From Ptychomitrium polyphyllum (Eukaryota), in contig OZ316775.1 of the NCBI GenBank assembly GCA_973851085.1, positions 22,010,001 to 22,074,000 of the forward strand: 64,000 bases of DNA. The letters are read 5' to 3'. The notes below the pieces were generated by a model that saw only the letters and a list, made by a program, of their open reading frames with translations, did not search any database and had not been told where the DNA came from. Position numbers and translations under genes: made by a program. Every line of letters begins with the position of its first letter. Positions within the stretch are counted from its first letter, which is position 1. Shown piece after piece: positions 12,809 to 26,600 of the stretch.

Positions 12809-15800
12809 ATGATGAACATAGTAGCGTTGGCGATGCTGCTGTCGTCGCTGGGGTCGGTGATAGTGCTGTCGCCGGAGCCTATGCTGGTGAGGTCGTCGGC
12901 GGACGGCGAGAGCCCGCTGGAGGCCGTGAAGGAGGCTGCGCAGGGAACGTTTTTGAAGGCGGAGGAGACGGTGGTGGCGGCGAAGGATACGGTGGTGCGG
13001 GGAGTGGAGGGCGTCACGAAGCCGGTGGAGAAGTCGTTGGGGTGGTTTAAGAAGAAGCCGAAGCCAGAGGATCATCTTGCTGCTGCCAGGGAGAAGGCAG
13101 CTGATGCTAGAGAGGCATTTGAGGAGGCGAGTGCACAGCTGAAAGATGCCGCGGTGGAGAAATTTGGTTCGGCTGCCGAGACGGCCAAGGAGAAAGCCGC
13201 GAATACTGGTATGAGAACCCCCTCAATCGTTGTGACTGGCTTGTGTTTTCTTGGTCTTTTGAACCATCAAGTTGCCTGCGATCGAGGGCTAATGAACGTC
13301 GGTTTATGGGGTTTAAGGTGCATTCATCAGCTTTAATGGTTGTCTTATTGGAAGTGGTTGATATTGAAATTGACATTTGTTGTAGTAATAATTGAGTTCC
13401 CATGTATACGAATCAAGTGCTGGTATCAAGAGCTGTTGTGTATATTCGAAGTGATATATTAAGAAATCTTCATATGGTATTCTTGGTTACGTTTCGTCAC
13501 ATATTGTTGTGAGCATTTCATAACTGTCATTCTTAGGTGTAGGGCCGATACCATTCTTCGGATAAACTGTAGCCTGTGTTGTACGTAATTAAGGAATGGT
13601 TATTCTTCTAGTTATCTTTTGAGCAAAAGAAGCTACCAACTTCATGTTACCTTTTAGGACGAGGTTGTGAGCACAATCCTAATATAGTGAACGGATGAGC
13701 CCCTGTGCATACTAGGATTGTGACCGAGACTTTTCTGTCTCGCCATTGATTGCCTTGCAGCTAATTTTTTGAAGTAGTTTTGGCTTTGTAAGTCTTGTGT
13801 TGGTCTGGGAAGCACTGTTAGGGCGACAGCTTTAAATGACATGTGTAATAAATGCGCAGGAAATTATGTGGGTGATAAGGCATCAAGAGCAGCGGGGACC
13901 GCAAAGGATGCGGCTGGAGCAACGGAGGAATTGGCAGTAGATGGCGCTCACACTGTATACAACAAAGCCTATAATGCTGCTGCCGCGACGGGAAACAAAG
14001 CAGGGTCTGCAATTCGGAGGGTGAGTTCCTTTTCTCATTTTCTATGTTTCTAGGTTCGTTTGTATGCTATCTTTCAGATATTGATTGTTGGAGATTGAAA
14101 ACCTGGTTTGAAGAGAAAAGCGAGGTTTTTAAACATCAATATTATTACTCTTGGCTGTAAGGAGTTCTGCTCTTGAAACAAATTTTGGGTCGTTTTAGTG
14201 CATTATCCAAACTGAGCAAGTAGTATTTATTATTGCGAGACTCCTGCACAGGTTCTGAATAACAAAATTAGGTTTGATGGTGTGACATTCTGTGCACATC
14301 ACAAGGATTGGTAAATGAAATTCATAATTTAGGAGACCGATTTACTTGTATTGCAGAGTGCATCGAGGACGAAAGAAGGTGCGGAAGATCTGTACGATTC
14401 TGCAGTTGATACGTTGGGTTCAGCGAAGGAGAAAACGAATGAAAAAGCTGGAGAAGCGAAAGACAAGGCCTATGAAGAAGCTGAGATCGCTCGTGACGCT
14501 TTGATTGACAATGTGCAATATGGAGTTGACAAAACCAAGGGGACGGCTATTGATGCAGCTGAGAAGGTGAAGGAAAGTGGAGAGTACGCTGCCCACGAAT
14601 CAAAAGAGGCTGGTCAAGGCATATTCGGGAGAGTAAAAGATGCAGCTTGCAGAACTGCGGAGTGTCTGCGGGCGCGGGCGCACGATGCTGGATCCTTTCT
14701 ACCTCACGTAGGCCAAGGACTTGGCTATGTGTACAACGATGGGAAGGCTGCTGCTGGTGATACTGCAGAATCTCTAAGGAAATCAGCCAGCAATGCAGCT
14801 GAAAATGCTGGTGAAGCAGCGGAGAATGCAAAGGAATGGACGCAGGACACTGCCAGACAATCGTACAACAGTGCAAAAGATACAGCAGGTGATTATTATC
14901 AGGATGGAAGAGATTGGGTGGAAGATAAGTATGATTCGGGGAGAGAGACGGCCCGGGAGTACTACGATGAGGCGGGGCGGCATTACCGGAATGCAAGGGA
15001 CTACTATGATCGCCCTAGTGATTACTACAGAGGTCGAGGTGGTAGGCAGCAATATAGAGACCGTGCTAGAGATGCTCCTTTGAGGTATTACGATGGGGCG
15101 AAAGAGAAGGCCGAGGATTTCTATGATAATGGGATAAGAGATGGAGCGAAATATGCTTACAGGAGTGCTAGGGATACAGCAGGGGATTATTATGATGTTT
15201 CAAGAGACAGAGTGGGAAGATACATTCCTGGAAGGTACCAAGAGAGCCCTAGAGATTATTACGGAGCACCGAGGCGGAGAGCTCCTGTGGGCTACAGTGG
15301 TGCACGTGACGCGGATGAGGAGTATTACGAGAGGTCGAAGTTCAAACCCAGTGATGATCTTGGCGCAGTGGTGGAGTCTATGGGCTGGCGTCGCGTTGGA
15401 AAAGTGCCGAAAGATCATGTGGGTGTGAAGTCTTCCAAAGAGGTTGTGATTGGAGACGTTAAGTATGTCTGGCAAGGGAAAGGCCAGCCTCGTAGTGATG
15501 AGCTACATGATACCGTGTTCCATCACATGACAAACTCTGTGAAGGGTGCTGCACACACCGTGGGTGAAAAACTGGGTTTTGTGAAGGATCACGTGAAAGA
15601 AGGTGCTGAGTATGTGCGCGATAGTACCATCCGTGCCAAGGATCAGGAATATGACCAAGCATCTGATTCTTGGGCGAAACATCCCCGCTACTGGGAACAT
15701 GATGATGACCGCAATATTGAAGAGGATGAGTCGATTATCACCAAAGGGGCACGGAATCTGAAGGAAGGGGTGAGGAATGCAGGCCAGGCATATGAGGCCC

Positions 15801-16606
15801 AGCGCTTCAAAGCCGGAGAATATGCAGATGAAGCTCGACAAGAGCTCTCAAGTTTCGCTGGATTTGGAAAGGAGGGCAGAGGTTCGAAAGGTAATCATAA
15901 TTTGCGCTCCTGGAAGGACGTATTCATCAGGAAACCTGTGGGAGTTCTTCTTGCCTTGACTCGCGCCCTCCACCTCTTCACATTTTCAACGGTGTATGGT
16001 TCTGCTATTTGGGTGACTTTTGTGTCGGGCCTGATTCTGTCGAAGCATGTCCCTCGGCAGCAATTTGGATACGTGCAGAGCCGGATGTTTCCTGTGTATT
16101 TGCGAATCTTGGCTTTGGGAGAGGGTGTGCTGCTCCTTTTGCATTCCCTCATGCATCCATGGTTTTCTTCTGAGAGTATTGAACGAATGCAGTTGTTCAA
16201 CTTCGCCGTGATGATCGCTTCCACTTTACTCAATGCATATGTCCTAGAACCTCGGGCTACCAAGGTACGAGTTTGGAGTTCACGAATTTTTTCCGCAGAT
16301 TTGCCTTTTGGAAACCGTCTCTGCTATCAAGTTGTGGTAGGAATTGGGCAGTGGATTAATTCGAGATGATGATATATGCAGGTTATGTTTGAGCGGTTGA
16401 AAGTGGAAAAGGAGGAAGGAAGAGGCTTAGAAAACGCGGCAAATCCAATGGATGCGAAGCAGTTGATGGAGGAGCAGAAGAAAAAGCTTGCGATCATTAA
16501 TCAGCAGTTCAAATCGTTACACGGCTACTCCTCCGCACTTAATTTGATCAGTTTAGGAGGGTTGACATGCCATCTGTGGCATTTAGCTAACCGTCTTGTG
16601 GTATAG
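12809..16606 (+). CDS. Late embryogenesis abundant (LEA)-domain protein with signal peptide and C-terminal DUF4149/TMEM205-like transmembrane domain, about 897 aa, 4 exons
   Basis: Exons 12809-13208, 13860-14020, 14357-16264, 16382-16606 (2694 nt, in frame). Hydrophobic N-terminus MMNIVALAMLLSSLGSVIVLS, then A/E/K/D/T-rich LEA-type repeats (AKEKA, AKDKAYE, AAENAKE). The C-terminal HLFTFSTVYGSAIWVTFVSGLILSKHVPRQQFGYVQSRMFPVY...LEPRATKVMFERLKVEKEEGRG...FKSLHGYSSALNL segment is the DUF4149/TMEM205 pattern. Confidence 0.88.
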
Positions 16607-19600
16607 ATCACTAATGTATCAATTTTAAGTGAAGAAGATTGATTAGGTATCCGAGTGTTGCGTTGTAAAGAGACCCATTTCACATGTATTTCTCGTAGGG
16701 ACATCAGCTTTCAAAGCGGGGTCGTCATTTAAAGCAACACAGTTTTGGAGTAGGATTTCGAGGGTGTTTGAGTTTTTTGTTTCAGAGTTTGGAGTAGACT
16801 GGGTCGATGGTGCGATTAGAGATTTGATACGTCAAACCTTGACCTTTATTGTTACGATTTGTGACCCTACACGTCCTCAGGCTTTCAGTTTCTTGTACTA
16901 TTTGCAAAAGTGTATATAAAACCTCAAATCTTTCTTCAAGTTAACCGCCATTGAGAATTGTAATTAGCATCTGTTAAAGGTAATATTTCCTACATGACGC
17001 TTGCACCGAATCTTCGTTGTCGTCCCAACCCCTCGGAAAGCAAATATGCTTGGAAATCGCTTAAAGCACAGATTCAGCGCTTGCGCTGCCTGTTGTGGTT
17101 ACGCCCACCAAGGTTTGGTGCCATTTCTTCAATTACTATCAGTGACTACAATTCAGCTTCAAAGAAACTAAATTCTTATATCCAAAATTCTGAGACTCGT
17201 GAGTTCCACTTGCAAATGAGGGCTGCCAGTAGCCAGAAGTGCAGTATCATACACGAGTTCTCTTTATCTGTTGCTAATCGTGGGTGCCATTGGATGCTGT
17301 TATGTCCGACTCCCCTTCTCCAGGTTTGATGAACTTCAATAATATAAGCATACTTTGGACATACTTTAAACACCTTCAGTAATATAAGCATACGTTGGAA
17401 TTTTTGGTATTTTAACATATTTGCTATTTTTGAATGTTTTTGGGTTTATAATGTATACAACTGTACCCATAGCCATACACGTGGTTAATCTGATACACTC
17501 TTAAACTTTTGAGAAATACCTTTACATTCCCAAAATCTACTCCAAATACCATTTCCAACTTCTTTTATCCATAATTCACAAACGATCTATCAATCCACAC
17601 ATGGTTTAATGAGAAGCCTTCACATTTAGTTCAATGCAAAGCTCTTCAGTTAATCCAATGATAAGCTTTCATCTTCTTGCTACTATTGCTTTATTTTATT
17701 CTATCCTAATTCTTACAATTAAGTTTCTTTGGTCACAACTTAATGAGCGGTTTTCAATTAGTAATTAGCAAAATCTAAAAGAACACCATATTAACATGAA
17801 TTTAATTCATACTTGAAGTAGCAATAAATAGATACAAACATTTGCAATTTGACCAGTAAGTAGCTTACATAACAACGTCTTGTTTATTAAATCTTTAGAT
17901 GAAGAATGATGGCTAAAGTAGTTATTAAATTTTTAAATGTACCAATTTTTTAAGTAATTTAACTAGGTTCAAATTTTCTACCAATAAAAAAAGAAGTTTC
18001 AGTTATTTTTTAGCTTCAACTAGGAAGAATCAACAAATTAATGTTGTTAACAAAACATATGTTAAAGTAATTAATTTTTTTAGGTAATAAAAATTTGATA
18101 TTCAACTTTGTAGAGTTGGTCATTTAAATTGAAGTACTATAATATTCTTTGATTAATATAAGAAAAGTTACTTGGCCATTGTAACAAATCATAATTATTA
18201 CATATTGATCTATTCTTCTTTAAGGAATATTGTTTATTACTATAGCAAGAAACATAATTGCTTCACATTTGATAGCCACACATAAGTTTCTTGTGTTTTA
18301 ATTCAAGAAAGTTTTACGCCATTTATTGATAAATTCTAACATGTAAAAGCTTAGTATAAAGTATTACAAATGCAAATTTATTTTTATTTTTAACTTCATA
18401 CTATTTTCAACCTCTAAATTGATACTATAATAACTTATAATTATTTGCAATACATGTTTTTTTGGATAACAACTTAAGATTATTAGTATAAGATTCTTTG
18501 TCAAGGAAAAATCGCATTCTTTAAAATTAACTATTATCAGTATTAGGTGTAGTTTTACATTAGATAAAGCAAATAATAAAAACTGTATTTTTTTCAAGAA
18601 TGTTATGAAATTAATACCATAGACTTCTTTAAAAGAAATTAAAAATTGAATATATGTTCAAATTTTATATTTTTAGAAATATGTATTTTTTATTATTTCT
18701 TTAAACAAACGACCTTGTACCATGATAAATAATAATATATAAATGCTTTGTTTTTTCTATGAGTGTTTAAAATTTTATATAATAGCTAATGCAAATATTT
18801 TATTATTATTATAATATATGACCATGCAATCAAAGAATGATATATTGGTATATTATTTTTTGACTCCAATAATTGATCCAACTTTTTTTGGTAATCCAAG
18901 TTCAATTGTATAATTATAATAATTTTAAGAATTTTTCAAATATAGAAGTATAATATATTTATTTTTAAAAAATGGATTAATATGCAATAATGATGGATTT
19001 TAAAACTTAAAAAACTAGAATATTTTGATATTTCCAAATATTTTATAATTTGCTTAAACTAAAATGTTGACAGTTGTTTTTGTCATCTTTAAGTAGCTTA
19101 CGTTTCAAACCTCAATATTTATAAAACTCAAGGTTTTGAAATTGCACATATCATATTTTAAGAAGGCTATAAAAATATTAATTTTATAATTTATACATAA
19201 CACAAAATTCTACAAGTTTTTCAAAAATTGCACCTTATTTAATAATATATGTAAAGGCTTAAATTAAAATAAGCTTCTAATAAATAAAATTAACTATATG
19301 AGATCTCATGTTTAAAAATAAACTTGAATTAAATAAGTACTTAATAAAGATTCAATTAACATATTAATATAAACTATGTATTCATAAATGTAAAATTAAA
19401 TTATAAAATTACATACTTTATATTTTGTAATAAAATTGAAGCTCTTTTGTATGATTAAATAAATTTGAATATGTAGAATGAGATTTATAAGTTATATATT
19501 TTTATATATTAAAATAATTCCAATATTTAATCTATTCAAGAAAAATTTCCAAACAAGTTAATTCATTAAATTAAGTCAAAAAAAATAAAATTTATCTTAT

Positions 19601-20031
19601 AAACAAATAAATTTTATTAAAGTTACTTAATTCCAATATTTATTGATTTTTTATCAAATCTTTATAATTCACTTTTGTCAAATGAATTTTGATAAATAAT
19701 TTTATTTTCAACAAATGTTAAACATAGAATATTTACTATATCAACTATAAGTATTATAAAAAATTTAGCAACTACATATATTCAACAAATTACATTATAA
19801 AGTTAAATTTAGTTTCAAAATCTAAAAAGACTAATAACAAATAAAATTCAATATACATCATAAAAATTCTTATGCTTTATAAGTGAAATTTTCAATATTA
19901 TAGGTTTTAACTTTTGTGCTAAAATACACTTATTTTTAAAAATAAATTCAAAATATGTCATTAATATTTTCAAATCTACAAAATAAGATCATAATTCATT
20001 GATTTATAAATACATTATATCTTTAGTTCAA

Positions 20032-20783
20032 GTTGAAGAATTTTTTATTATTATAATATATTTTATGATCTAATATAAAAGCCTTTGCTAGACTTATCTT
20101 ATGTTAAAGACAGTGTCAGCATTTTATTTATTGGTTTGTAGTTTTTTTAAGTTAATATATGAACATTCACTCAAATAAATGTAATGGATTATAGAATCTA
20201 AAATAAGCAACTTTGTTAAAATTACATTATTACATATTGGTTAGAAAATGTCAACACTTTTTATATGATTTTCTTGTAGCTATGAAATTTTAAGCATTAA
20301 ATTAAATCAATATAGCAATTTTATAATCCAAGAAAACAACCTTTATTAGAATTCCTTCAAATCAAGAGCTGTTTCAGCCTTTTGTCAGTTGAAACATAAT
20401 TTTTTTTTAATAAAATTTTAAAGATTTCAAACTAACTTAGAATATACTAGATCTTTAAATAAGTACATTTATAGAATTATTGTTTAGAAAAAGCTCCTTA
20501 AATACATAGATTGCGATTAGCTTCCCAAACTTATCTAGAATAACCAATACAAAACACTAAAAGTTACTCTTTATGTTGAACTAATAGACATCCTCCATGT
20601 TATGATGGAAGTTTAGATATTGAATATGTAAGCTTGTATAAAGACTTAGAGGCATTACATATGAATGGAAATTATACTGAATCCAAAGTAAAAGATACAT
20701 TTGGTATCTTCAAACCACTTAATTATGTAAGCATATGTTGTTATTAAGTTAAGGTGTAAATAACAAATATTAAAAAGAACCAA
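20032..20783 (+). repeat. Inverted repeat, left arm (752 bp)
   Basis: Reverse complement of 22887-23638. End coordinates sum equally (43670), so no net indel. One mismatch seen by eye near the outer end. Confidence 0.93.
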
Positions 20784-20842
20784 TTACATTTTAATTTTGA
20801 TTTTCAAAATTATTTTCTAAGAAGCTATATATATTACAATTT

Positions 20843-22728
20843 TATTGCCTAAATACAAATATATTTTTTTTTATAAATAAGTGATAAATTAAAAAAAAAT
20901 GATAACTTAAATGGATGTTGAAATTTGTTTAAGGATGTTTTAAGTTTTCTAACAAATAAAACAAAATAATTTTTATTTTTATTTTTAAGCATTTCATGAA
21001 AGATGGTTAATATGAAAGAATTTTTGAATTTTCTTTAAAAATAGACTTATTTTACCTTACAATTTACATTATGTAATTCATTAGAATTTCAAAAAGCATT
21101 TTTTAAGTAAATTAAATGATTGTCTTTATAACACATATTTTTATAATAAATTTTATTTATATTTATCTAAAAGTAATATCAGTCCATTTTAAATTCTAGC
21201 ATTTAATATTATTCATTAAAGACATGTTTATTAAAAAGACCTTACATCAATTATAATATCACAAATCACTTCTTTAAACTATATCTTAATGCATAATAAT
21301 ATTTATTTAAACAACCAAATGATCTCTTGTATATTTTATATTTATAATTTTTTTATTGAACAAATATAATATTTTTAATAGTTATTTTATTATTATGCTT
21401 AAATTTCATTATTTTTTATTTTATTTTTGAATAATTGAATTTCTATTGCATATGAATAATACTTGAATAGAGATAATGAGAAAGAATGGAAATGTTGTAG
21501 ATATGTGCAATAAGCTGTATCTTCCAATCCTCATCTAAATTGATTGAATAAAAGTAATTGTATCTCTTGTCTTTAATATGCTATAACCATTATTCTTAAA
21601 TTATTATCAATTCAAAATTGTCATTTTCATATATTTTTTATTATAATAGCTAAATATTTAAGAGAATATTGCCGCATACATAGTTTGATACAATGGCAAG
21701 CACTTATAAAAATTAAATGTTTACGATAAATGCTTNNNNNNNNNNNNNNNNNNNNNNNNNNNNNNNNNNNNNNNNNNNNNNNNNNNNNNNNNNNNNNNNN
21801 NNNNNNNNNNNNNNNNNNNNNNNNNNNNNNNNNNNTATTGCCTAAATACAAATATATTTTTTTTTATAAATAAGTGATAAATTAAAAAAAAATGATAACT
21901 TAAATGGATGTTGAAATTTGTTTAAGGATGTTTTAAGTTTTCTAACAAATAAAACAAAATAATTTTTATTTTTATTTTTAAGCATTTCATGAAAGATGGT
22001 TAATATGAAAGAATTTTTGAATTTTCCTTAAAAATAGACTTATTTTACCTTACAATTTACATTATGTAATTCATTAGAATTTCAAAAAGCATTTTTTAAG
22101 TAAATTAAATGATTGTCTTTATAACACATATTTTTATAATAAATTTTATTTATATTTATCTAAAAGTAATATCAGTCCATTTTAAATTCTAGCATTTAAT
22201 ATTATTCATTAAAGACATGTTTATTAAAAAGACCTTACATCAATTATAATATCACAAATCACTTCTTTAAACTATATCTTAATGCATAATAATATTTATT
22301 TAAACAACCAAATGATCTCTTGTATATTTTATATTTATAATTTTTTTATTGAACAAATATAATATTTTTAATAGTTATTTTATTATTATGCTTAAATTTC
22401 ATTATTTTTTATTTTATTTTTGAATAATTGAATTTCTATTGCATATGAATAATACTTGAATAGAGATAATGAGAAAGAATGGAAATGTTGTAGATATGTG
22501 CAATAAGCTGTATCTTCCAATCCTCATCTAAATTGATTGAATAAAAGTAATTGTATCTCTTGTCTTTAATATGCTATAACCATTATTCTTAAATTATTAT
22601 CAATTCAAAATTGTCATTTTCATATATTTTTTATTATAATAGCTAAATATTTAAGAGAATATTGCCGCATACATAGTTTGATACAATGGCAAGCACTTAT
22701 AAAAATTAAATGTTTACGATAAATGCTT
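20843..22728. repeat. 893-bp direct duplication (20843-21735 and 21836-22728) flanking a 100-N assembly gap; probable contig-overlap artefact
   Basis: Ns occupy 21736-21835. The sequence after the gap restarts with TATTGCCTAAATAC as at 20843 and repeats through AAATGCTT. One substitution seen (TTCTTT vs TTCCTT). Confidence 0.92.
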
Positions 22729-22886
22729 TAAAAAAGCAAGAAAATAGCAACAAACAAAGTTTAACAAAGGAGGGTTTTTTTAAGGTGATTGTTTAATTAT
22801 GGTTAATTAAAAATCTAATATCAAGATTTTTAAATGCTTCAATTTTGTTCTACTTTGTATATTTTTAACTACAAATTAAAATATAC

Positions 22887-23638
22887 TTGGTTCTTTTTAA
22901 TATTTGTTATTTACACCTTAACTTAATAACAACATATGCTTACATAATTAAGTGGTTTGAAGATACCAAATGTATCTTTTACTTTGGATTCAGTATAATT
23001 TCCATTCATATGTAATGCCTCTAAGTCTTTATACAAGCTTACATATTCAATATCTAAACTTCCATCATAACATGGAGGATGTCTATTAGTTCAACATAAA
23101 GAGTAACTTTTAGTGTTTTGTATTGGTTATTCTAGATAAGTTTGGGAAGCTAATCGCAATCTATGTATTTAAGGAGCTTTTTCTAAACAATAATTCTATA
23201 AATGTACTTATTTAAAGATCTAGTATATTCTAAGTTAGTTTGAAATCTTTAAAATTTTATTAAAAAAAAATTATGTTTCAACTGACAAAAGGCTGAAACA
23301 GCTCTTGATTTGAAGGAATTCTAATAAAGGTTGTTTTCTTGGATTATAAAATTGCTATATTGATTTAATTTAATGCTTAAAATTTCATAGCTACAAGAAA
23401 ATCATATAAAAAGTGTTGACATTTTCTAACCAATATGTAATAATGTAATTTTAACAAAGTTGCTTATTTTAGATTCTATAATCCATTACATTTATTTGAG
23501 TGAATGTTCATATATTAACTTAAAAAAACTACAAACCAATAAATAAAATGCTGACACTGTCTTTAACATAAGATAAGTCTAGCAAAGGCTTTTATATTAG
23601 ATCATAAAATATATTATAATAATGAAAAATTCTTCAAC
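22887..23638 (-). repeat. Inverted repeat, right arm (752 bp)
   Basis: Reverse complement of 20032-20783. Confidence 0.93.
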
Positions 23639-26600
23639 CTTAGTTTAAAAGCAAATATTTCATAAATCAATGATGAGGTTTTATAATTTTCTTACATGTA
23701 AAAAATATATTGTGATTTTTTCTTCAAAATATTCTTAAGCTTATTATTGATATGTTTATTTTTTATGGTGATAATATCTTTAAATATTATTTAGATTATA
23801 AGATTATAATTTTTAATAAAAATATTGGCATATAAAAATATTATGTTTAATATTTACAATAAGTAATAAGGCGAATTTGAAAATTTTATTTAAAAAAAGA
23901 TCTAAAAATATATTGGTTATTTATTCATTAAATTAAGAAAAAGATGTTACAAACGATGTTTACTTTTGACAAACACATTATTTAAACAAATTATAGGACA
24001 AAAGTTGATACCAAAAAAAATCGAACCGTGTTATAAGAAATTCCAAACAAGTGAATATATAATATGTAATCATTGATAAATATTCACTTGTTCTCTTTTC
24101 ATATCATATTATTTTTAAGGTTTTCTAATGCATTGAAAAAAAATCATTGCATAAGCATGTTTTATTAAATTTGCACATTAAGAAGAAAAAGAACTTTCAC
24201 ATTAAAAATTTGGCTTGCTTTATTAGAAATTGTATTTTATTTTACAAAAGGTTTTATGAAGTCTTAAAACTTTGTTTTTATATAATAATGTTATTAGCTG
24301 GTATTTAAAGAACTATCTTCAATATTCATTGATAATAAAAATATGTAGTATATTCTAATAATTTGATAAATAAAATAATGTAGCTTTTACATATTTATTA
24401 AATTTAAATTAGGTATTGAATGTTGCAATTATAACATTTGTATTAAAAAATATCAAAAGTAATTTGTGTATGTAAAATTAATATAGAAATATGGAAGTAG
24501 TTTGCTACTATTATATATTGTGTAATTTATACTTATTACTTCCATACATGTACTTGAATATGGATTTAGATCAATTTGGTATATAATAATTGACTTTTAA
24601 ATTTAAGGTTTCAAATGTTTGGAAGTTGTTGTTTGTTGTTATATAAAAAGATTATGAGTCAATCAATAAACTACTAAAAATCTTATTGGCATATAATAAT
24701 TTTTAGTAATTTAAATAATTTAAAATATAATTCTTCAAAATTGGTAGAGAAAATTGTTTCTTAATAAATAAAATATTGAAGCATTCTTTGAGTATAAAAT
24801 CTGAACTATACAACAATTGTCACATTTTAATAATACAATAATAAATGACTATTTTATAATTTATTTTTTTTTATATTATAAATTGGACATATAACCTATT
24901 TAATCTAATTAAAATACTTCCATTTTAAACGTATTTATCATTTATTTTAAATTTTCTTTAAATTCGAATAAATATATTTTAATAAATAACCATGATAATA
25001 AGACAAAACCTATGTTATTTAGATGTTCAAATATTATCATATGACAAAGAAGCAAAATTCAAAAAATGATTTAGTATTCTTCTATGAAGGAATTGTACAT
25101 GGATTCTTTATTCTTTTTAGCAACAACATTATGAAGTCAAATAAATATTTTTTTATAAATATACAATGATATAAGAATTTTGTTTGTCTTTTTTGAAATC
25201 CATGTAATACTTTTCTATTATATGCTAAGCCAAGCTAAGTTACAAGCCAACCTTTGTTAAATCTTTAGAATGTTGTCTCTATTATTTATGTGATTTTATA
25301 ACAATATTAATTGTTTGTGAAGTTTGTGAAGTGTTCCAAAATATATCTATGATTTGAAAATATGTAAAGAATTAATCCTAATTAAATTGAAGACAAAGAG
25401 GGCCTACGTTTCTTTGAAGTTCAATCCTAATCATTAAAACTTAAGTTTGAAAAGCCATTTCGTAACAAATTTTTAATCCAATATTTTCAGACAATCAAAA
25501 TGAAATCATCATATTTAAATCGAGTAAAATCATTGTTCTTTTAGATCATAAATCAAAGTAGTTAGTGACCTTTGAATATTAAATGATTATTATTTGAAAA
25601 AGATGATATTAAATAACAATTTTTTCAATCCTGAAATTCATGTACTTTAAATCTTTTGAATAGAACTAATGATTTTAATGAATCACAAATAATTTGACTA
25701 ACTAAAATTCTAATAAATTTTGAATGGCTACTATATGCATCCAACAGAGTTTACCACTGATATGAATTAATTAACTTTTTAACAAGTATTAAAGCCTTAA
25801 TAGAGAAACTATTAAGGAAAATTAATAGATTGATTAACTTTCAAAGGTAAATTTTCATCATGTTTCTTTAAGTTTCTTCTATAAATTTCCAAAGAAGTTT
25901 CATCAACGTTTTAATATTTTGAGAATTGCATTTCAATGATTCAGATTTTTAATTGAGTTTATCTAAAATTTATTTCCTTTAACTAAGTAATGATACATAA
26001 ATTGTATAAGATAATCAAAAGATTAAGTTCTTTTTATTAAAAATAAAATAACAAATTTAGAGAGAGTCAAGGAATTGATAGTCAAAATTTTATGCATCAT
26101 TTTTATTCAAAAATTTCTTTGTGAATTTGGTTGTTCCTATTTCACTAAAAAAAAGGATGCACTAATTTTTTTAAATATTGGGAACATATATAAATTTTTA
26201 ATCATTATAATTCATGTAAGTTTTTTCAGAAACAATGTTAAATTAATAAACCTTTTAGAAAACAAGAACTTTAAAAAACTTAAAACACCATTTTTTTTGG
26301 AAATACTGTGAGTATAAATGGAAAAGTTATCCAAATAGTACAATTATGTGGTAAACTTGTTTTAAGTGATGTTAATCAAGTTTGGAATCAAGATGAGTCA
26401 CATATTTGGAAATTAAAAATTAAATGTATTAAAAAATGATCATAAATTTCAAGTGGTGGATATTTGGAATTGAAATTATATTATTGAGTTTATTTCAATC
26501 AAAAAGCTTTCAAATTGAAAATGATTTATTTGCCATCATAACTAAAAATTTAATATGGTTGCTATTACAAATTCGATATATTGGCATTTTATATAGATTT

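Noticed and set aside
12608..13075. Arg/His-rich 155-aa minus-strand ORF
   Set aside because: Antisense shadow of the GC-rich first exon of the LEA gene.
14547..16263. Several antisense and alternate-frame ORFs over LEA exon 3
   Set aside because: Shadows of a long biased coding exon.
17540..17680. Minus-strand peptide TEELCIELNVKASH*TMCGLIDRL resembling a Tc1-like HTH
   Set aside because: Too short and degenerate to support without a search.
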